Source: Deltaproteobacteria bacterium UBA2409 (GTDB lineage: Bacteria; Bdellovibrionota_C; UBA2361; DDRT01). From it: a stretch of DNA of 64,000 nucleotides. Under the pieces are notes generated by a model, which worked only from the letters and a program-made list of their open reading frames with translations, did no database searches and had not been told where the DNA came from. The translations under genes were made by a program, and so were the position numbers. The DNA is taken from the NCBI GenBank assembly GCA_002343185.1, contig DDRT01000020.1, positions 196,776 through 260,775 of the forward strand. Reading direction: 5' to 3'. Positions 1 to 9,203 of the stretch are shown one piece after another (position 1 is the stretch's first letter; the number at the start of each line of letters is the position of its first letter).

Positions 1-113
1 TAGAGAGTGCATTTAAGTTAATCTCGGAAGAGATTCCTGCAAAACGCCTCTGGCTTGGTGTTTTAAATGATCAAAAAACCCATATCATAGGAATTGCTGG
101 TAGTGGACCAGGT

Positions 114-1562
114 ATGAAGCTTGCAGTATCAAGATCTCAAGTTGAATTGTCTTTAAGACATGACTATCTGGATGAGGCGATAAAAGAGAAATCACCTAGA
201 GTAGTTCCAGCCGGGACACCTATGGAATGCTCTGGTTTTAATAAGATTTTAAAGCGGCTTAGAGTAGGAACACTTGTAATTGTCCCATTACTATCTTTTG
301 GCCAGGTTGTGGGAGTTTTAGTTCTTGAGCCTGAGGATGATTCTCATCAGGTGATCCATAGAAAGTTACCTCTTTTAGTTCAGATGTCCGGTGAAATAGG
401 CACTATACTTGTTTCAAGAAAACTCGAAGCTAGAATTACTGAGTCAGACAAAATGAGAATGGCAGGTGTGCTTGCGGCAGGAGTAGCACACAATTTCAAT
501 AATTTACTTCAAGCTATTATGGGGCAGGCTTCTTTGATTGAGATGCAAAGTAATCTAGCGTCACCAGTAACTCGTTCCGCAAAGATGATCATGGAGGCTG
601 CTTCAAGGGGGGCTTCTATGGTTACACAACTACTCACGTTTTCTTCAACGGATACTGCATCTTTTGAATCAGTTGATCTTACGCAGATGCTTCATGAATC
701 GAGAGAATTTTATAAGTCAATTTTAGGTAAAAAAACGAGCCTCTCAGTTAACCTGGAAGCCGACGTTCCAACAATCAGAGGTAATTCTCCTCAGCTGCAG
801 CAGGCATTAGCAAATATCCTAGTAAATGCAAAAGAAGCGCTAATTTCCCGTGAGAATCCGAAAGTCCAGATCTCATCAAGAAGGGTCAGACTAAACTCAG
901 GTGAAGTAAGCCCATTGCTAGCACCTGGTCAATATCTTCAAGTCTCGATCGAGGATAATGGTCGAGGGATGTCACCAGAAGAAGAGGAAAGGTGCTTTGA
1001 GCCATTTTATACAACAAAAACTCCTTCATCAGGAGGAGTTCATGGTGTGGGTCTTGGGCTATCTTCAGCCTATTCTATAATCCGTGCTCATCAGGGGTTT
1101 ATCCAGGTAAAAAGCACTGAAGGAATAGGAACGACATTTAATATATTTTTACCGGTTACTGAGGAGCGTGCTGTTGAACCTGCTAAGCAGATGGCTGATA
1201 TAGGAATCGTATCCCAGGATGAAACGTTTGTTTATTCTGTTAAAACATTCTGTTCTTCCATGGGATTATCTAGCAGTGATGAGGATTCTGATACACTTGA
1301 ATCCAGTGATGCTAAGGCCTTAATTATTGATGGAGATTCGGCAGAGGAGATTACAAGACAAATTATTCGAGGTGAAATCAAGGTTAAGGGTGCCGTATTA
1401 GTTGCCACTGAAGACTTAGATAGATGGGAGCCTTCGGATAAAGTTAGATTTTTTAAGAAGCCCTTTGGGGCTTGGTCTGTATATACGGCTCTCTCTGATA
1501 TAGTCCCTAATGGTGGAAAACCTTTAAGATCTTCAATCGAAGTAACGCAGGAGTCTAAATGA
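114..1562 (+). CDS. Sensor histidine kinase with a GAF-like N-terminal region and a C-terminal receiver-like extension
   Basis: H-box VAHNFNNLLQAI, N-box NAKEA, G-boxes DNGRGM and GVHGVGLGLS typical of HisKA plus HATPase_c. About 130 aa follow the kinase core. The ORF starts near the window edge, so its N-terminus may lie upstream. Confidence 0.7.
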   Translation: MKLAVSRSQVELSLRHDYLDEAIKEKSPRVVPAGTPMECSGFNKILKRLRVGTLVIVPLLSFGQVVGVLVLEPEDDSHQVIHRKLPLLVQMSGEIGTILVSRKLEARITESDKMRMAGVLAAGVAHNFNNLLQAIMGQASLIEMQSNLASPVTRSAKMIMEAASRGASMVTQLLTFSSTDTASFESVDLTQMLHESREFYKSILGKKTSLSVNLEADVPTIRGNSPQLQQALANILVNAKEALISRENPKVQISSRRVRLNSGEVSPLLAPGQYLQVSIEDNGRGMSPEEEERCFEPFYTTKTPSSGGVHGVGLGLSSAYSIIRAHQGFIQVKSTEGIGTTFNIFLPVTEERAVEPAKQMADIGIVSQDETFVYSVKTFCSSMGLSSSDEDSDTLESSDAKALIIDGDSAEEITRQIIRGEIKVKGAVLVATEDLDRWEPSDKVRFFKKPFGAWSVYTALSDIVPNGGKPLRSSIEVTQESK

Positions 1563-1822
1563 AATCTAAGTACACATTTGCAGCAGCTTTAAGTTATGAG
1601 AATGGGTCTACAGAGGCTCCTCAAGTTACAGCCTCTGGGGAGCTTTTATCGCCTGAGCAGATAGTAAAGATTGCAGAACAATATGGAATCCCAGTTATAA
1701 GAAGAGAGGAGCTAGCTAGAGTATTAAGTGGACTTCCACTTGATGAACCAATACCAGCAGAACTTTATGAGGTTGTTGCATCTATACTAATCGAGTTAAA
1801 AGCATTTAGCGCTAAAAGTTAA
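1559..1822 (+). CDS. FlhB C-terminal-domain-only protein (YlqH-like; FlhB/YscU cytoplasmic domain paralogue)
   Basis: 87 aa. Motif EAPQVTASGELLSPEQIVKIAEQYGIPVIRREELARVL matches the FlhB/EscU C-terminal autocleavage-domain family. Its start overlaps the stop of the upstream kinase (ATGA). Confidence 0.55.
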   Translation: MKSKYTFAAALSYENGSTEAPQVTASGELLSPEQIVKIAEQYGIPVIRREELARVLSGLPLDEPIPAELYEVVASILIELKAFSAKS

Positions 1823-1861
1823 CCTTGCGAGAATAGTATAGCTTAAACGAGAATACAGATT

Positions 1862-2785
1862 ATGGCTAAACGGCTAGGACTAGAGCTGGTTAAAGATGGG
1901 GGAAGTAAGCCCCTTTGTGAACTAAGCCTCGGAAAGGTCACCCTTGGAAGAGAGCCTGAAGGTTCAGGTGGAATCACCATTCCTAGTGCAGCAGTATCTA
2001 GAAATCATGCAGAGATTAGACCAATTAGACTTCACTGGTTTTTTGTAGACCTAGGAAGTACCAATGGGTCTTGGGTAAATGGTAAGCCAGTCCCTTCAGG
2101 TTATAGAGTTCTACTCAGACCTAACGATGCTATTCAATTAGCAGATATGACTTTACGTGTTGCTGATAGGGGCGGAGATTTTCCTGAACAGTCGGCATTA
2201 GTATTTCAGTCTGGGGAATGTATTGATGAAGTTACTATACCTGAAACTGGCACGGCTCTGTCAGTTGGTGGTGCAGAGGCTACGGTTACACTTGATGGGA
2301 TTTCCCATAGAGTTGTAGCTCTTGAAAGAAGAAATGGAGAGATTCTTGCTCAAGTAGGGTCTTCAGATATTCCAGTGCTAAAAAATGGAGCTGTTGTTAA
2401 GGGCTCAGTTCCACTAGCTGATCGTGATGAATTAGTTGTTCAGGGCTTTAGTATATTATTGAATCTTGCAACGAATTCAGAAGGTAGCGATACAACTTTA
2501 AGATCTTGGGATTCAGGAAGCAGCTCTGCAGATACAAGCGCTAGATCAACTAGCTCACAAGTTTTTGGTGTTTCAGTAGAAAAGCCAGTAAATGCTAATC
2601 CTTCAGGAACTATGGCTCTTAAACAAAGCGAAATTGAGAGCATGGTTAGAAGAAGTGCTGATGCGATGATTAGAAGGGGTTCTGGTAAGCCTGCACTAAG
2701 TAGTCGTGAGCAGATTTTAATAATGTTTATAATTTTTACTCTTTTTCTGACCGTGCTGCTTCTATTTTGGGTTCTGCTCGGATGA
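1862..2785 (+). CDS. FHA-domain protein with a C-terminal membrane anchor
   Basis: FHA signature GREPEGSGGITIPSAAVSRNHAEI...FVDLGSTNGSWVNGKPV near the N-terminus. Ser/Thr-rich linker. Hydrophobic C-terminus ILIMFIIFTLFLTVLLLFWVLLG. Confidence 0.6.
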   Translation: MAKRLGLELVKDGGSKPLCELSLGKVTLGREPEGSGGITIPSAAVSRNHAEIRPIRLHWFFVDLGSTNGSWVNGKPVPSGYRVLLRPNDAIQLADMTLRVADRGGDFPEQSALVFQSGECIDEVTIPETGTALSVGGAEATVTLDGISHRVVALERRNGEILAQVGSSDIPVLKNGAVVKGSVPLADRDELVVQGFSILLNLATNSEGSDTTLRSWDSGSSSADTSARSTSSQVFGVSVEKPVNANPSGTMALKQSEIESMVRRSADAMIRRGSGKPALSSREQILIMFIIFTLFLTVLLLFWVLLG

Positions 2786-3033
2786 TTAGAATTTTCTTAT
2801 TAATTTGTTTTAGTTCTGTTGCACTCTCTCAACGAATCATTCCCTATACAATCTTGGAGAAGAAAGAGAACTTAGAAGGCGTATTGGTTGTAACTTTCAC
2901 ATGCTTAGATGGAAGCGTTTTGTCGATCCAGTGTATTGAAGGTGAGACAATGTGTGGGCTTGATAAAGCACCACTTGATAATGCTTTAAGACGTCGTTGT
3001 AACGAAATCGCTCCGCCAACACCGAAAAAGTAG
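2782..3033 (+). CDS. Small secreted Cys-containing hypothetical protein
   Basis: Signal-peptide-like N-terminus MIRIFLLICFSSVALSQ. Four Cys. No recognisable family. Confidence 0.3.
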   Translation: MIRIFLLICFSSVALSQRIIPYTILEKKENLEGVLVVTFTCLDGSVLSIQCIEGETMCGLDKAPLDNALRRRCNEIAPPTPKK

Positions 3034-3054
3034 GGGCTTGTTATTCCCATAAGT

Positions 3055-3215
3055 ACCTGTTTGGTTAAGTTGCGGAAGCACCCTTCGATGACCTCGAAAT
3101 GAGTCATTCAGATTCTAAGCATATATAATTGAACCACAGAGAACACAAAGACCACAGAGAAGGAATCTTTCCCCTTTGTGTTCTTCGTGTTCTTTGTGGT
3201 TAATAAAAAAATGCT
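3055..3215 (-). repeat. MITE-like repeat, inverted copy of the tandem element at 28855-29128
   Basis: The reverse complement aligns over about 150 nt with the 28.9-kb units (ctttgtgttctctgtggttcaattatatatgcttagaatctgaa...). It contains an internal inverted repeat (aaccacagagaacacaaagaccac / gtggttaat). It sits between convergent gene ends. Confidence 0.7.
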
Positions 3216-3253
3216 GAAGTTAAATGGAACTGGTTGATGGCGAGGTATTAAAC

Positions 3254-4516
3254 CTAAATCACCAAATTTGGCAGTTGTACAATATATTCAACTGATTCTT
3301 CGGAACTTTCACGATATTTAAAAGTCCCACCCCATTTTGATAAAATATTTCTAACTTCCTGCATACCGTAAGGAAGTTTTTTGAGCGAGCCATCTCTTGT
3401 AAATAAAAGTTCTCTTGCTTGTCGTATGCGGTGTAGAACTAGATCATATGGAACTCCTACTTCCGGTCTGATGGACTGAGCCTTAAAAGTTACGACAGAA
3501 AAGGAATCACTTCTTTCAAGAGTTACTTTAACTTCCCCGCCTGGCCCACCGAAATCAGTTGCTGCAAATAACAATAGACCGGTCAGTCTAAAGGCCTCAG
3601 GGAATGGGATTGAGATCTGTCCAGGTGGTAAAACCCCAAGCTTTACACTTATCATTGGGCTAAGAACTAAGTCTAAGACCTCACAGCTTAGTGATATTAC
3701 CTTTGCAAGCTCACAATTTTGAGCTGAGTCATTCAAAGTTCTATCAAGAAGTTCAAGCGGATTAGTTGGTCCTCCAAGAGAGTTTGACTTCAAAAGTTTT
3801 AAGCAGGCCGCAGCAGTTGTTAAAAACAGTGAGTGAGTTCTTTCTCCTTGCGCTAACCCTTCACTAATACGTTGAAGATGGCGCTTGTCAATCAATGATG
3901 CAACATAGCCAACCCTGGAGCCAGAATTTCCACGAACCTCTCTCACCCGGATAGATCCACTAAAACTTCTAAAATCTATCTCTTGAATTTCCCCAAGGTG
4001 CTGAGTTGATGTAGCTATTTTTGATTCAAAAAGCTCTAGATTCGCCTTGTCCTGTAAAATTGTTGCCCCTAAGCTTCTTTGGGCAGAGTCATTACAAAAG
4101 AGAACTTTTCCATCTTCGTTTAGAATAACAATTCCCTCGTCTACTGATTGCATAACAGAGAGAAGCATTTTCTCCTTTGAGTTTGAGGCAGCAGCAGCTT
4201 TTTCAATTAATTGAGAGATGAGATCTGGGCTAGTAGATTTATCAATTACCCAGTGAGCCCCTGAACGAAGGAAAAGAGGAGCTAAAGAAGAGTCTCGTGC
4301 CACTCCAATTATTACACCGCCTCGCTCTGAATCGCGAAGATCCCCGATTATTGAAAATGGATTTAGTCCAGTAGCAAGTACTGATGGAACTATAGTTGCA
4401 TCCTGGTCTTTCTCAGAGAACTCTAGGGTTTCTTCAAGCTCAAATCTGTCTTTTGATAATTCTGGCCTACTTGGTGCCAAAGGGTTGTCTTTTAGAAATT
4501 GGACTCGAAGCATCAC
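3254..4516 (-). CDS. PAS-domain sensor protein with a degenerate histidine-kinase-like C-terminal half
   Basis: Central PAS-like segment (LLSVMQSVDEGIVILNEDGKVLFCNDSAQRSLG). The downstream region has a putative H-box (HLQRISEGL) and a GHKL-like C-terminus, but the G-boxes are weak. Confidence 0.5.
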   Translation of the reverse strand: MMLRVQFLKDNPLAPSRPELSKDRFELEETLEFSEKDQDATIVPSVLATGLNPFSIIGDLRDSERGGVIIGVARDSSLAPLFLRSGAHWVIDKSTSPDLISQLIEKAAAASNSKEKMLLSVMQSVDEGIVILNEDGKVLFCNDSAQRSLGATILQDKANLELFESKIATSTQHLGEIQEIDFRSFSGSIRVREVRGNSGSRVGYVASLIDKRHLQRISEGLAQGERTHSLFLTTAAACLKLLKSNSLGGPTNPLELLDRTLNDSAQNCELAKVISLSCEVLDLVLSPMISVKLGVLPPGQISIPFPEAFRLTGLLLFAATDFGGPGGEVKVTLERSDSFSVVTFKAQSIRPEVGVPYDLVLHRIRQARELLFTRDGSLKKLPYGMQEVRNILSKWGGTFKYRESSEESVEYIVQLPNLVI

Positions 4517-4625
4517 CCTCTATACTACAACGAGGGTATACTTTGATGATACGTGAATTTTTGCGATCCGTGTGTAGGGCACAATTTTTTGCCGAAATTA
4601 ATGAGTTCTGGTACCATGACAGGTC

Positions 4626-5552
4626 GTGAAATGTGTAGTAACCGGAGTAGCCGGGTTCATAGGCTCGAGTATAGCTGAGGCTCTCCTTAAAAAGGGATAT
4701 AGTGTAGTCGGTATTGATTGCTTCACCCCATATTACCAAAGATCTTTAAAAGAGAATAATCTAAAATCTCTTAGTGGAGACTTCACATTTTATTCTGAAG
4801 ACATTTTATCTACTAACCTTGATCGAGTATTAGATGAAGCTGAGTGGATCTTTCATCAGGCAGCTCAAGCTGGTGTTAGATCAAGCTGGGGAGATGACTT
4901 CTCTATATATACCTCAAACAATATCCTTGCTACTCAAAAGCTTCTCGAAAAGTCTAAGTCCCTCAAGTCACTTAAAAAGTTTGTTTATGCCTCAAGTTCT
5001 TCGATTTATGGAGATGCTGAAACTTTTCCTACACCTGAATCTGCCACTCCAAAACCAATAAGCCCTTATGGAGTTTCAAAGCTGGCTGGCGAACATTTAG
5101 CTGAACTTTATAGATCCGAGTTTGGTGTTCCAACTGTATCTCTGCGTTACTTCACTGTGTTTGGTCCTAGGCAAAGACCAGACATGGCATTTCACAAGTT
5201 TATACGTGCGGGTTTAACTAACTCATTAATATCAATTTACGGTGATGGCACCCAAGAGCGTGATTTTACATACATAGATGATGCAGTTGAAGCTAACATA
5301 AGTGCTGCTCAAAGTGGCCTAGGAGTTTACAATGTTGGAGGAGGCACACACGCAACAGTTAATCAGGTTTTAGAGATACTTGGTGAGTTCATAGGGGATC
5401 TAAAAGTAGAACGTACAAGCAGGCAGGCAGGAGATGCAAAAAAGACCAGTGCTGACACCACTAAAATAAAAGCCGAGCTTGGATTTACCCCAAAGTGGAC
5501 TTTGCGTGATGGATTAGCCTCAGAAGTTGAATGGCTCAAGACGATCCTCTAA
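4626..5552 (+). CDS. NAD-dependent sugar epimerase/dehydratase (extended SDR), LPS-associated
   Basis: N-terminal Rossmann motif VTGVAGFIGSSIAEALLKKGYSVVGID. Catalytic YxxxK in PYGVSKLAGE. It lies directly upstream of the heptosyltransferase genes. Confidence 0.75.
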   Translation: MKCVVTGVAGFIGSSIAEALLKKGYSVVGIDCFTPYYQRSLKENNLKSLSGDFTFYSEDILSTNLDRVLDEAEWIFHQAAQAGVRSSWGDDFSIYTSNNILATQKLLEKSKSLKSLKKFVYASSSSIYGDAETFPTPESATPKPISPYGVSKLAGEHLAELYRSEFGVPTVSLRYFTVFGPRQRPDMAFHKFIRAGLTNSLISIYGDGTQERDFTYIDDAVEANISAAQSGLGVYNVGGGTHATVNQVLEILGEFIGDLKVERTSRQAGDAKKTSADTTKIKAELGFTPKWTLRDGLASEVEWLKTIL

Positions 5553-6508
5553 GAATACTGGTTATTCAGGCAGCTTTTTTGGGAGATGTAATTTTATCCA
5601 CTCCGATTCTAACAAATCTAAAGCGTATATATCCAAACTGCGAGCTTTATACTCTAACAACTCCTTTAGCTACTCAGTTCTTTAAGTTTGATCCAAGGGT
5701 GAAGCAGGCTATAGCCTTTAAGAAACGAGACGAGCACTCAGGAATCCTTGGACTCTTTAAGCTTATAGAAGAATTAAAGTCGATGAAGTTTGATATCATC
5801 ATTTCTCTTCATAGATCAATTAGAACTTCATTTTTAGTTTCAAGGTTGCAAGTTGAAGAGACTGTTGGTTTTGATGATGCTTGGGGAAGTTTCTTCTATA
5901 AAAAAAGAATTAAAAGAGCTGAAGCTCCACATGCAGTTTTGAGAAACCTATCGATTCTCGATATTAATGATCCTTCAACAGAACTAAAGCTTTTCCCTGA
6001 TCCAAACTACTCTGTACCTGAGGGGGATTATGTTTGTTTATTTCCTGGAAGTGAGTGGTTTACCAAGAAGTGGCAGGGCTTTAGAAAGGCAGCAGAGATT
6101 CTTATTTCTCAAGGTAGAAAAGTTGTGGTGCTTGGTTCGCCTCAAGAACGTGAATATAACAAAAAGCTTATGAGTGATCTTTTAGTAGATGACCTTACAG
6201 GTATCACAAATATACCTCAAACTATGAAGATCGTAGCAGAATCAAAGGGGGTAATTTGTAACGATTCGATGGCTCTGCACATGGCATCAGCATTTAAGAT
6301 CCCAAGGGTTTCCGTGTTTTGCGCTACCTCTCCTCAGTTTGGTTTTGGTCCTTGGGGAGAACGTGGAGAAGTAATCGAGGATTTATATCTTCCATGTAAG
6401 CCATGCAGAAGACATGGTAGTAATAGATGCCCAACTGGTACTAATTTATGCATGACCAGGGTTAAGGCAAGTGATGTGATATCGAGGTTAGATGAGCTCA
6501 GTTATTAG
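5531..6508 (+). CDS. Glycosyltransferase family 9 (LPS heptosyltransferase)
   Basis: N-terminal ILVIQAAFLGDVILSTPIL and C-terminal GNDSMALHMASAFKIP...C.PC motifs typical of WaaC/WaaF-type GT9 enzymes. Confidence 0.7.
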   Translation: MAQDDPLRILVIQAAFLGDVILSTPILTNLKRIYPNCELYTLTTPLATQFFKFDPRVKQAIAFKKRDEHSGILGLFKLIEELKSMKFDIIISLHRSIRTSFLVSRLQVEETVGFDDAWGSFFYKKRIKRAEAPHAVLRNLSILDINDPSTELKLFPDPNYSVPEGDYVCLFPGSEWFTKKWQGFRKAAEILISQGRKVVVLGSPQEREYNKKLMSDLLVDDLTGITNIPQTMKIVAESKGVICNDSMALHMASAFKIPRVSVFCATSPQFGFGPWGERGEVIEDLYLPCKPCRRHGSNRCPTGTNLCMTRVKASDVISRLDELSY

Positions 6509-7211
6509 ACGATACTCTGAAAAAGATCTCACAATCGCAAGTTTCAATGAGCTAGATCTCACTACAAGAACTGAGATTTCGAAATTAATCAAAACTCCTA
6601 AAAGCTATGTAGCAGAGACTCTTGGTGGTCGTGGAGCTGTCCGCTTTGGGGAGATATCTGGGCTAGGGGAGATAGTTGTAAAGCAATATGCCAGGGGGGG
6701 TGTGTTAAGAAGGATTATTAAATCCTCTCACTTAAGACTTGGAAAAGTCGTAAGAAGTCAGTGGGAATTTTTAATGCTCCACCGAGTTAGACAACTGGGT
6801 GTTAGAGCCCCGCTTCCTATTGCGTTTGCTTATACTAGAGGATTTTTTTATCAGGCGTGGCTGATAATGGAAAAGATTCAAAGTGCCAACAGTCTTGCAG
6901 CACTTTCTCTTACAGATCAAGATCTAGTTAGGAGTGTCGCCTGTGAAGTTATCAGACAGATAGAGATCTTAGTTAGAAATCAGGTGTTTCATTTAGATCT
7001 ACACCCTGGAAATGTTCTTATAGATGGAGCAGGATTGGTGTGGTTTATAGATTTCGATAAAGCAAAAAAAGTTACTCTAACAAGACAACAGCTTAAGGAG
7101 CTTTACTTAAGACGTTGGAGAAGAGCAGTGATTAAACATGAACTTCCAGATTATCTTTCCGAACTTATATGTGGAGGATTAAGAAAGTTGGAAGAGGATG
7201 AGCAGCTATGA
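6492..7211 (+). CDS. Kdo kinase / LPS-kinase family protein (KdkA-like)
   Basis: Protein-kinase-like catalytic loop HLDLHPGNVLID and FIDFDKAKK. Located between two GT9 genes. Confidence 0.6.
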   Translation: MSSVIRRYSEKDLTIASFNELDLTTRTEISKLIKTPKSYVAETLGGRGAVRFGEISGLGEIVVKQYARGGVLRRIIKSSHLRLGKVVRSQWEFLMLHRVRQLGVRAPLPIAFAYTRGFFYQAWLIMEKIQSANSLAALSLTDQDLVRSVACEVIRQIEILVRNQVFHLDLHPGNVLIDGAGLVWFIDFDKAKKVTLTRQQLKELYLRRWRRAVIKHELPDYLSELICGGLRKLEEDEQL

Positions 7212-8167
7212 GAGCTTTAATAGTTCTTTTAGGCGCTGTCGGAGATGTAACTAGAGGACTAATAATTCCGAGACTATTAAAGGATAAGAATCCAAATATT
7301 AAGATTGCTTGGTTAGTTGAGCCCGCAAGTTCTTCATTAGTTAAGCTAAGTAACGCGGTTGATGAAGTTATAGTCTTTAATCGAACACTTAGAGGAGTCT
7401 TGCCTGCTATTAAGGCTATAAGAAAATTTAACCCTGATGTTACACTTGATCTGCAGCGTCATAGTAAAAGTGGGTTCTTCTCCTGGATATCTGGTGCTAA
7501 GAGAAGAATTGGATTCCACAGAAAAAGTTCCAAAGAGTTTAATTGGATATTTAATAATGAGTTCATAGAAAGATGGGATGAGAAAAGTTCAAAGCAAACA
7601 CAATATTTAGCATGTGCCGAGAAATTAGTTGGTAATTTTGACTCTTATAGACAGCGAGATTCAATTAACATTCCCCCTGTTCCAGACTTTTTGAAAGATA
7701 AAAAGCCTCTCGTTGGATTAATCCTAGGCTCTGCTTGGGAAACAAAAGATTGGATGGGAAACAGGGAACTTTTAGACCTTCTTAAAGGACAAAATGTTGT
7801 ATTAATCGGCTCGAAGGCTCAAAGCCAATTAGGTGAAAGTCTTTTAAGGCCTGGAGTAATTAATATGGCAGGCAAAACATCACTAGCAGAGGTCTTTGGA
7901 ATTTTGAGTGCTTGTGATGTTGTAATTGGCCCAGATTCGGGGCCAGGTCATATGGCTTCCCTTTTAGAGGTTCCATATATAGCTCTCTTTGGCCCAACTG
8001 ATCCTGTAAAGACAGCCCCAAAAGGAGCGATTGTAGTGTCAGCTAATGTTCCATGTGCTCCATGTTATAGAAGAAAATGCCCAGGGCTTGGTAATATCTG
8101 TATGAAAGCAATAAGCCCCGAAATGGTGTTCAATAAAGCACTACCATTTCTTACAAAGGTAGCGTAG
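7208..8167 (+). CDS. Glycosyltransferase family 9 (LPS heptosyltransferase)
   Basis: LIVLLGAVGDVTRGL N-terminus. GPDSGPGHMASLLEVPYIALFGPTDP and CAPCYRRKC C-terminal motifs of GT9. Confidence 0.7.
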   Translation: MRALIVLLGAVGDVTRGLIIPRLLKDKNPNIKIAWLVEPASSSLVKLSNAVDEVIVFNRTLRGVLPAIKAIRKFNPDVTLDLQRHSKSGFFSWISGAKRRIGFHRKSSKEFNWIFNNEFIERWDEKSSKQTQYLACAEKLVGNFDSYRQRDSINIPPVPDFLKDKKPLVGLILGSAWETKDWMGNRELLDLLKGQNVVLIGSKAQSQLGESLLRPGVINMAGKTSLAEVFGILSACDVVIGPDSGPGHMASLLEVPYIALFGPTDPVKTAPKGAIVVSANVPCAPCYRRKCPGLGNICMKAISPEMVFNKALPFLTKVA

Positions 8168-8180
8168 TTTTTAGACAATA

Positions 8181-9203
8181 ATGAGAAGTACAAGAGAAGA
8201 GCTATTTAAGGGGTTAAGAGCGATTGAAGGAGCTAAGATCCTAGTTGTTGGTGATATTATTTTAGATCGTTACATTTGGGGTAAGGTAGAGCGCATTTCT
8301 CCAGAAGCTCCGGTTCCTGTCGTTGAAGTAAATGAAATTGAAGATAGGCTAGGGGGAGCTGGAAATGTTGTAAGAAACTTAAGAGGATTGGGAGCTATAG
8401 TTAGCCTAGCTGGTTTTGTTGGTGATGATGATGACGGAAGGAAAGTCTTAGCTCTTTTAGATGATGGAAAAACAAATCGTGATGCAGTAATTGTCGATCG
8501 TTCAAAGCGCACATCTCTAAAAACTAGAGTCGTGGCCAATTCACAACAGGTTTGCAGGATAGACAAAGAAGATAGAATTCCTGCACCCCCTGCACTTCAG
8601 GAAGCTTTGGCAGCAGTTGTTGATTCTCAAATAAAAGATGTTGATGCTGTAATTGTATCTGATTATGCCAAGGGCACTATTTCTCCAGTACTTTTGAATA
8701 GACTAAAAGGCGCCTTTGATGAAAAGAGACTCGGTTTGGAAAGTAAACCATTAATTATTGATCCAAAACCAGCAAACTTTGATCTCTACAAATGTGGAAC
8801 AATAGTAAAGCCTAATAGAAAAGAAGCGGAAGTAGCCTTAGGTAAAAAGATAAGATCCTCAACCGATGCAGTTGAAGCTGCAGTAGAACTTAAAAAGAAA
8901 TGGGGTGCAGAGATGATCCTCATAACTCTGGGAGAGGGTGGGTTAGTTCTTTTAGATTCAAAAGGAGTATCTCATCATGTTGAAACTGTTGCCAAAGAAG
9001 TTTTCGATGTGAGTGGAGCCGGGGATACGGTTACTGCCGTAATAGCTGCAGCGCTTGCTAAAAAATGTTCACCTGTTCTTGCAGCTGAACTAAGCAATAT
9101 AGCAGCCGGAATAGTAGTATCAGAGGTAGGAACTGTAGCAATTGATCTTAAGAAAATGGTTGAAGGGGTACATAGCCTATTTACGAAGAGTGCTGAACAG
9201 TGA
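8181..9203 (+). CDS. D-glycero-beta-D-manno-heptose-7-phosphate kinase (stand-alone HldE/RfaE domain I, PfkB family)
   Basis: ILVVGDIILDRYIWGKVERISPEAPVPVV is the characteristic RfaE-I N-terminus. PfkB motif DVSGAGDTV near the C-terminus. Confidence 0.75.
   Translation: MRSTREELFKGLRAIEGAKILVVGDIILDRYIWGKVERISPEAPVPVVEVNEIEDRLGGAGNVVRNLRGLGAIVSLAGFVGDDDDGRKVLALLDDGKTNRDAVIVDRSKRTSLKTRVVANSQQVCRIDKEDRIPAPPALQEALAAVVDSQIKDVDAVIVSDYAKGTISPVLLNRLKGAFDEKRLGLESKPLIIDPKPANFDLYKCGTIVKPNRKEAEVALGKKIRSSTDAVEAAVELKKKWGAEMILITLGEGGLVLLDSKGVSHHVETVAKEVFDVSGAGDTVTAVIAAALAKKCSPVLAAELSNIAAGIVVSEVGTVAIDLKKMVEGVHSLFTKSAEQ

Noticed and set aside
2440-2643. 67-aa minus-strand ORF inside the FHA-domain gene.
   Set aside because: It is antisense to a better-supported CDS, short, and has no family signal.
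4396-4739. ORFs 4396-4629 (+) and 4467-4739 (-) spanning the divergent promoter region between the sensor gene and the epimerase gene.
   Set aside because: Each overlaps the start of a well-supported gene on the opposite strand. This region is more likely to be promoter and UTR.
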